Assembly (NCBI GenBank): GCA_965206595.1 | Contig: OZ242214.1 | Coordinates: forward strand, 4,928,001 to 4,992,000 | Length of the DNA: 64,000 bases | Direction: 5' to 3' | Origin: Candidatus Latescibacterota bacterium | GTDB taxonomy: Bacteria; Latescibacterota; UBA2968; UBA8231 | Shown: in pieces, positions 63,003-64,000 of the stretch | Numbering within the stretch: position 1 is the stretch's first letter | Layout: every line of letters starts with the position of its first letter | Notes under the pieces: model-generated | Database searches by the model: none | What the model was told of the DNA's origin: nothing | The model's input: only the letters and a program-made list of their open reading frames with translations | Program-made: the position numbers and the translations under genes

Positions 63003-64000
63003 TCAGGGCTCCCCGGCACCGGCCCGCCGCGGTGCCGGAAAGGTTCCGTAGGTGACGATGACCTCCAGGTCTTCGACGGCGATCTCGGAACCGATGTTCT
63101 CCGGGCGTCCCTGCAACACCAGGGAGAGAACGTTCTCCCCCTGCCGCGGCCGCAGCGAGCGCAGGTCGAACGCCAGCCACTGTCCCATGTAGGGGTCGAC
63201 GGTATGAAGCGCGGAGCGAGTGCAGGTCTCGCCCGCCAGGGACACCCCGTTCAGGGATACCTCGAGCCTGTCCGCGCTCAACAGGTCGCTGACGCCGAGG
63301 CGCAGCGTCACCTCCTGCACCTGGGCATTCTCGAGGTCGTCGGCGACGTAGAACGGCAGCTGAAAGGATTTCCCGGCGTCGGCCTGGGGCAGTGCCAGGG
63401 GCAGGTGCGCCCGGTAGTCGTGCCCGCCCGCGGCTTCGCTCGTGCGCCGCAGGAAATAGTGCTTGTCCCCCTCGGCGACGAGGTCGGGATCCCCCAGCTC
63501 GGTCAGGGTGTTGCGCTCGCTCTCGCCAAGCGGCCAGGAAAGGAACCAGGTGTAGAGTCCGTCGGCCCCTCGCGCCCGGTTGTTGGCCGCAGCCGCCCGC
63601 ACCATGGCCGGGGAGGCGTTGGTCACACCGTGGAATTGCCTGCTGCCGTCGCTGTAGTACGGCTGCAGCATGGAGTAGACGGAAACGCCGTGGGCGTGCG
63701 CCGCCTCGACGAGCCAGTCCGTCGGCATGTGGGAATCGATGACGAAATAGACGTAGACGAGCGGCACGACGTAGTCGACGAGCCCCTCCTCGAGCCAGGC
63801 GCGCACGTCGAGGCCGGTCTTGAGGTTCAGCTCCTCGGTCGGGTAGACGCGGGCTCCCAGCTGGCCCGGGTTCCCGGGCCGCTGGCGCACCATGCGCGAG
63901 ATCCTGCGCACGTAATCGGTCATCAGCGGGGTGTGCTCCTCGACGTCCTCCGGCTGGAGCCAGAAGCTGGTACCGGCCGGTGCCGCGGCGAAATCGAGCT
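63003..64000 (-). CDS. GHL10/DUF187-like TIM-barrel protein; 5' part outside the window
   Basis: (E)LDF at the window edge; GLDVRAWLEEGLVD, GADGLY and GDKHY motifs; C-terminal GENVL beta-sandwich. Confidence 0.7.
   Translation of the reverse strand, partial: LDFAAAPAGTSFWLQPEDVEEHTPLMTDYVRRISRMVRQRPGNPGQLGARVYPTEELNLKTGLDVRAWLEEGLVDYVVPLVYVYFVIDSHMPTDWLVEAAHAHGVSVYSMLQPYYSDGSRQFHGVTNASPAMVRAAAANNRARGADGLYTWFLSWPLGESERNTLTELGDPDLVAEGDKHYFLRRTSEAAGGHDYRAHLPLALPQADAGKSFQLPFYVADDLENAQVQEVTLRLGVSDLLSADRLEVSLNGVSLAGETCTRSALHTVDPYMGQWLAFDLRSLRPRQGENVLSLVLQGRPENIGSEIAVEDLEVIVTYGTFPAPRRAGAGEP

Noticed and set aside
60493-63180. 895-aa ORF as a single fused protein
   Set aside because: The first ~360 codons overlap the PhyH gene in another frame and are R/G/P-rich noise; the real start is ATG 62103.

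Overview
High-GC bacterial chromosome segment. The FlgD/T9SS-like C-terminal domain, a 'W(A/G)RIKA' C-terminal tail, and several PhyH, CRTAC1 and DUF6785 paralogs suggest a Latescibacterota/Poribacteria-like candidate-phylum organism (inference only). Housekeeping genes include mtnP, a nuclease-DinG helicase, DAHP synthase, prs, a Gld-type ABC system, gltBD, pntA1/A2/B, raiA and gltA. They flank a visibly lower-GC, IS-rich accessory region (~28-48 kb). Three observations stand out. (1) The same uncharacterised gene module occurs twice as diverged paralogs (28.1-44.7 kb and 54.9->64 kb): a DUF6785/6784 membrane transporter-like protein, a CRTAC1/ASPIC-UnbV FG-GAP protein, a PhyH Fe/2OG enzyme, GHL10-like TIM barrel(s) and an SGNH hydrolase. 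The first copy also has a beta-barrel-like protein, a TPR lipoprotein and an FlgD-tailed secreted protein. This is a candidate SusC/D-independent uptake/processing system. (2) The PhyH in the second copy has HxG in place of HxD, the signature of Fe/2OG halogenases. (3) At 45.37-48.02 kb a 'WARIKASLSE' gene remnant is split by an IS1182-like element and a cognate MITE inserted at the same TTACTT site. The MITE carries two NrdR-box-like sites 32 bp apart and is itself interrupted by a 346-bp foldback element. All family assignments come from motif recognition by eye; no searches were run.
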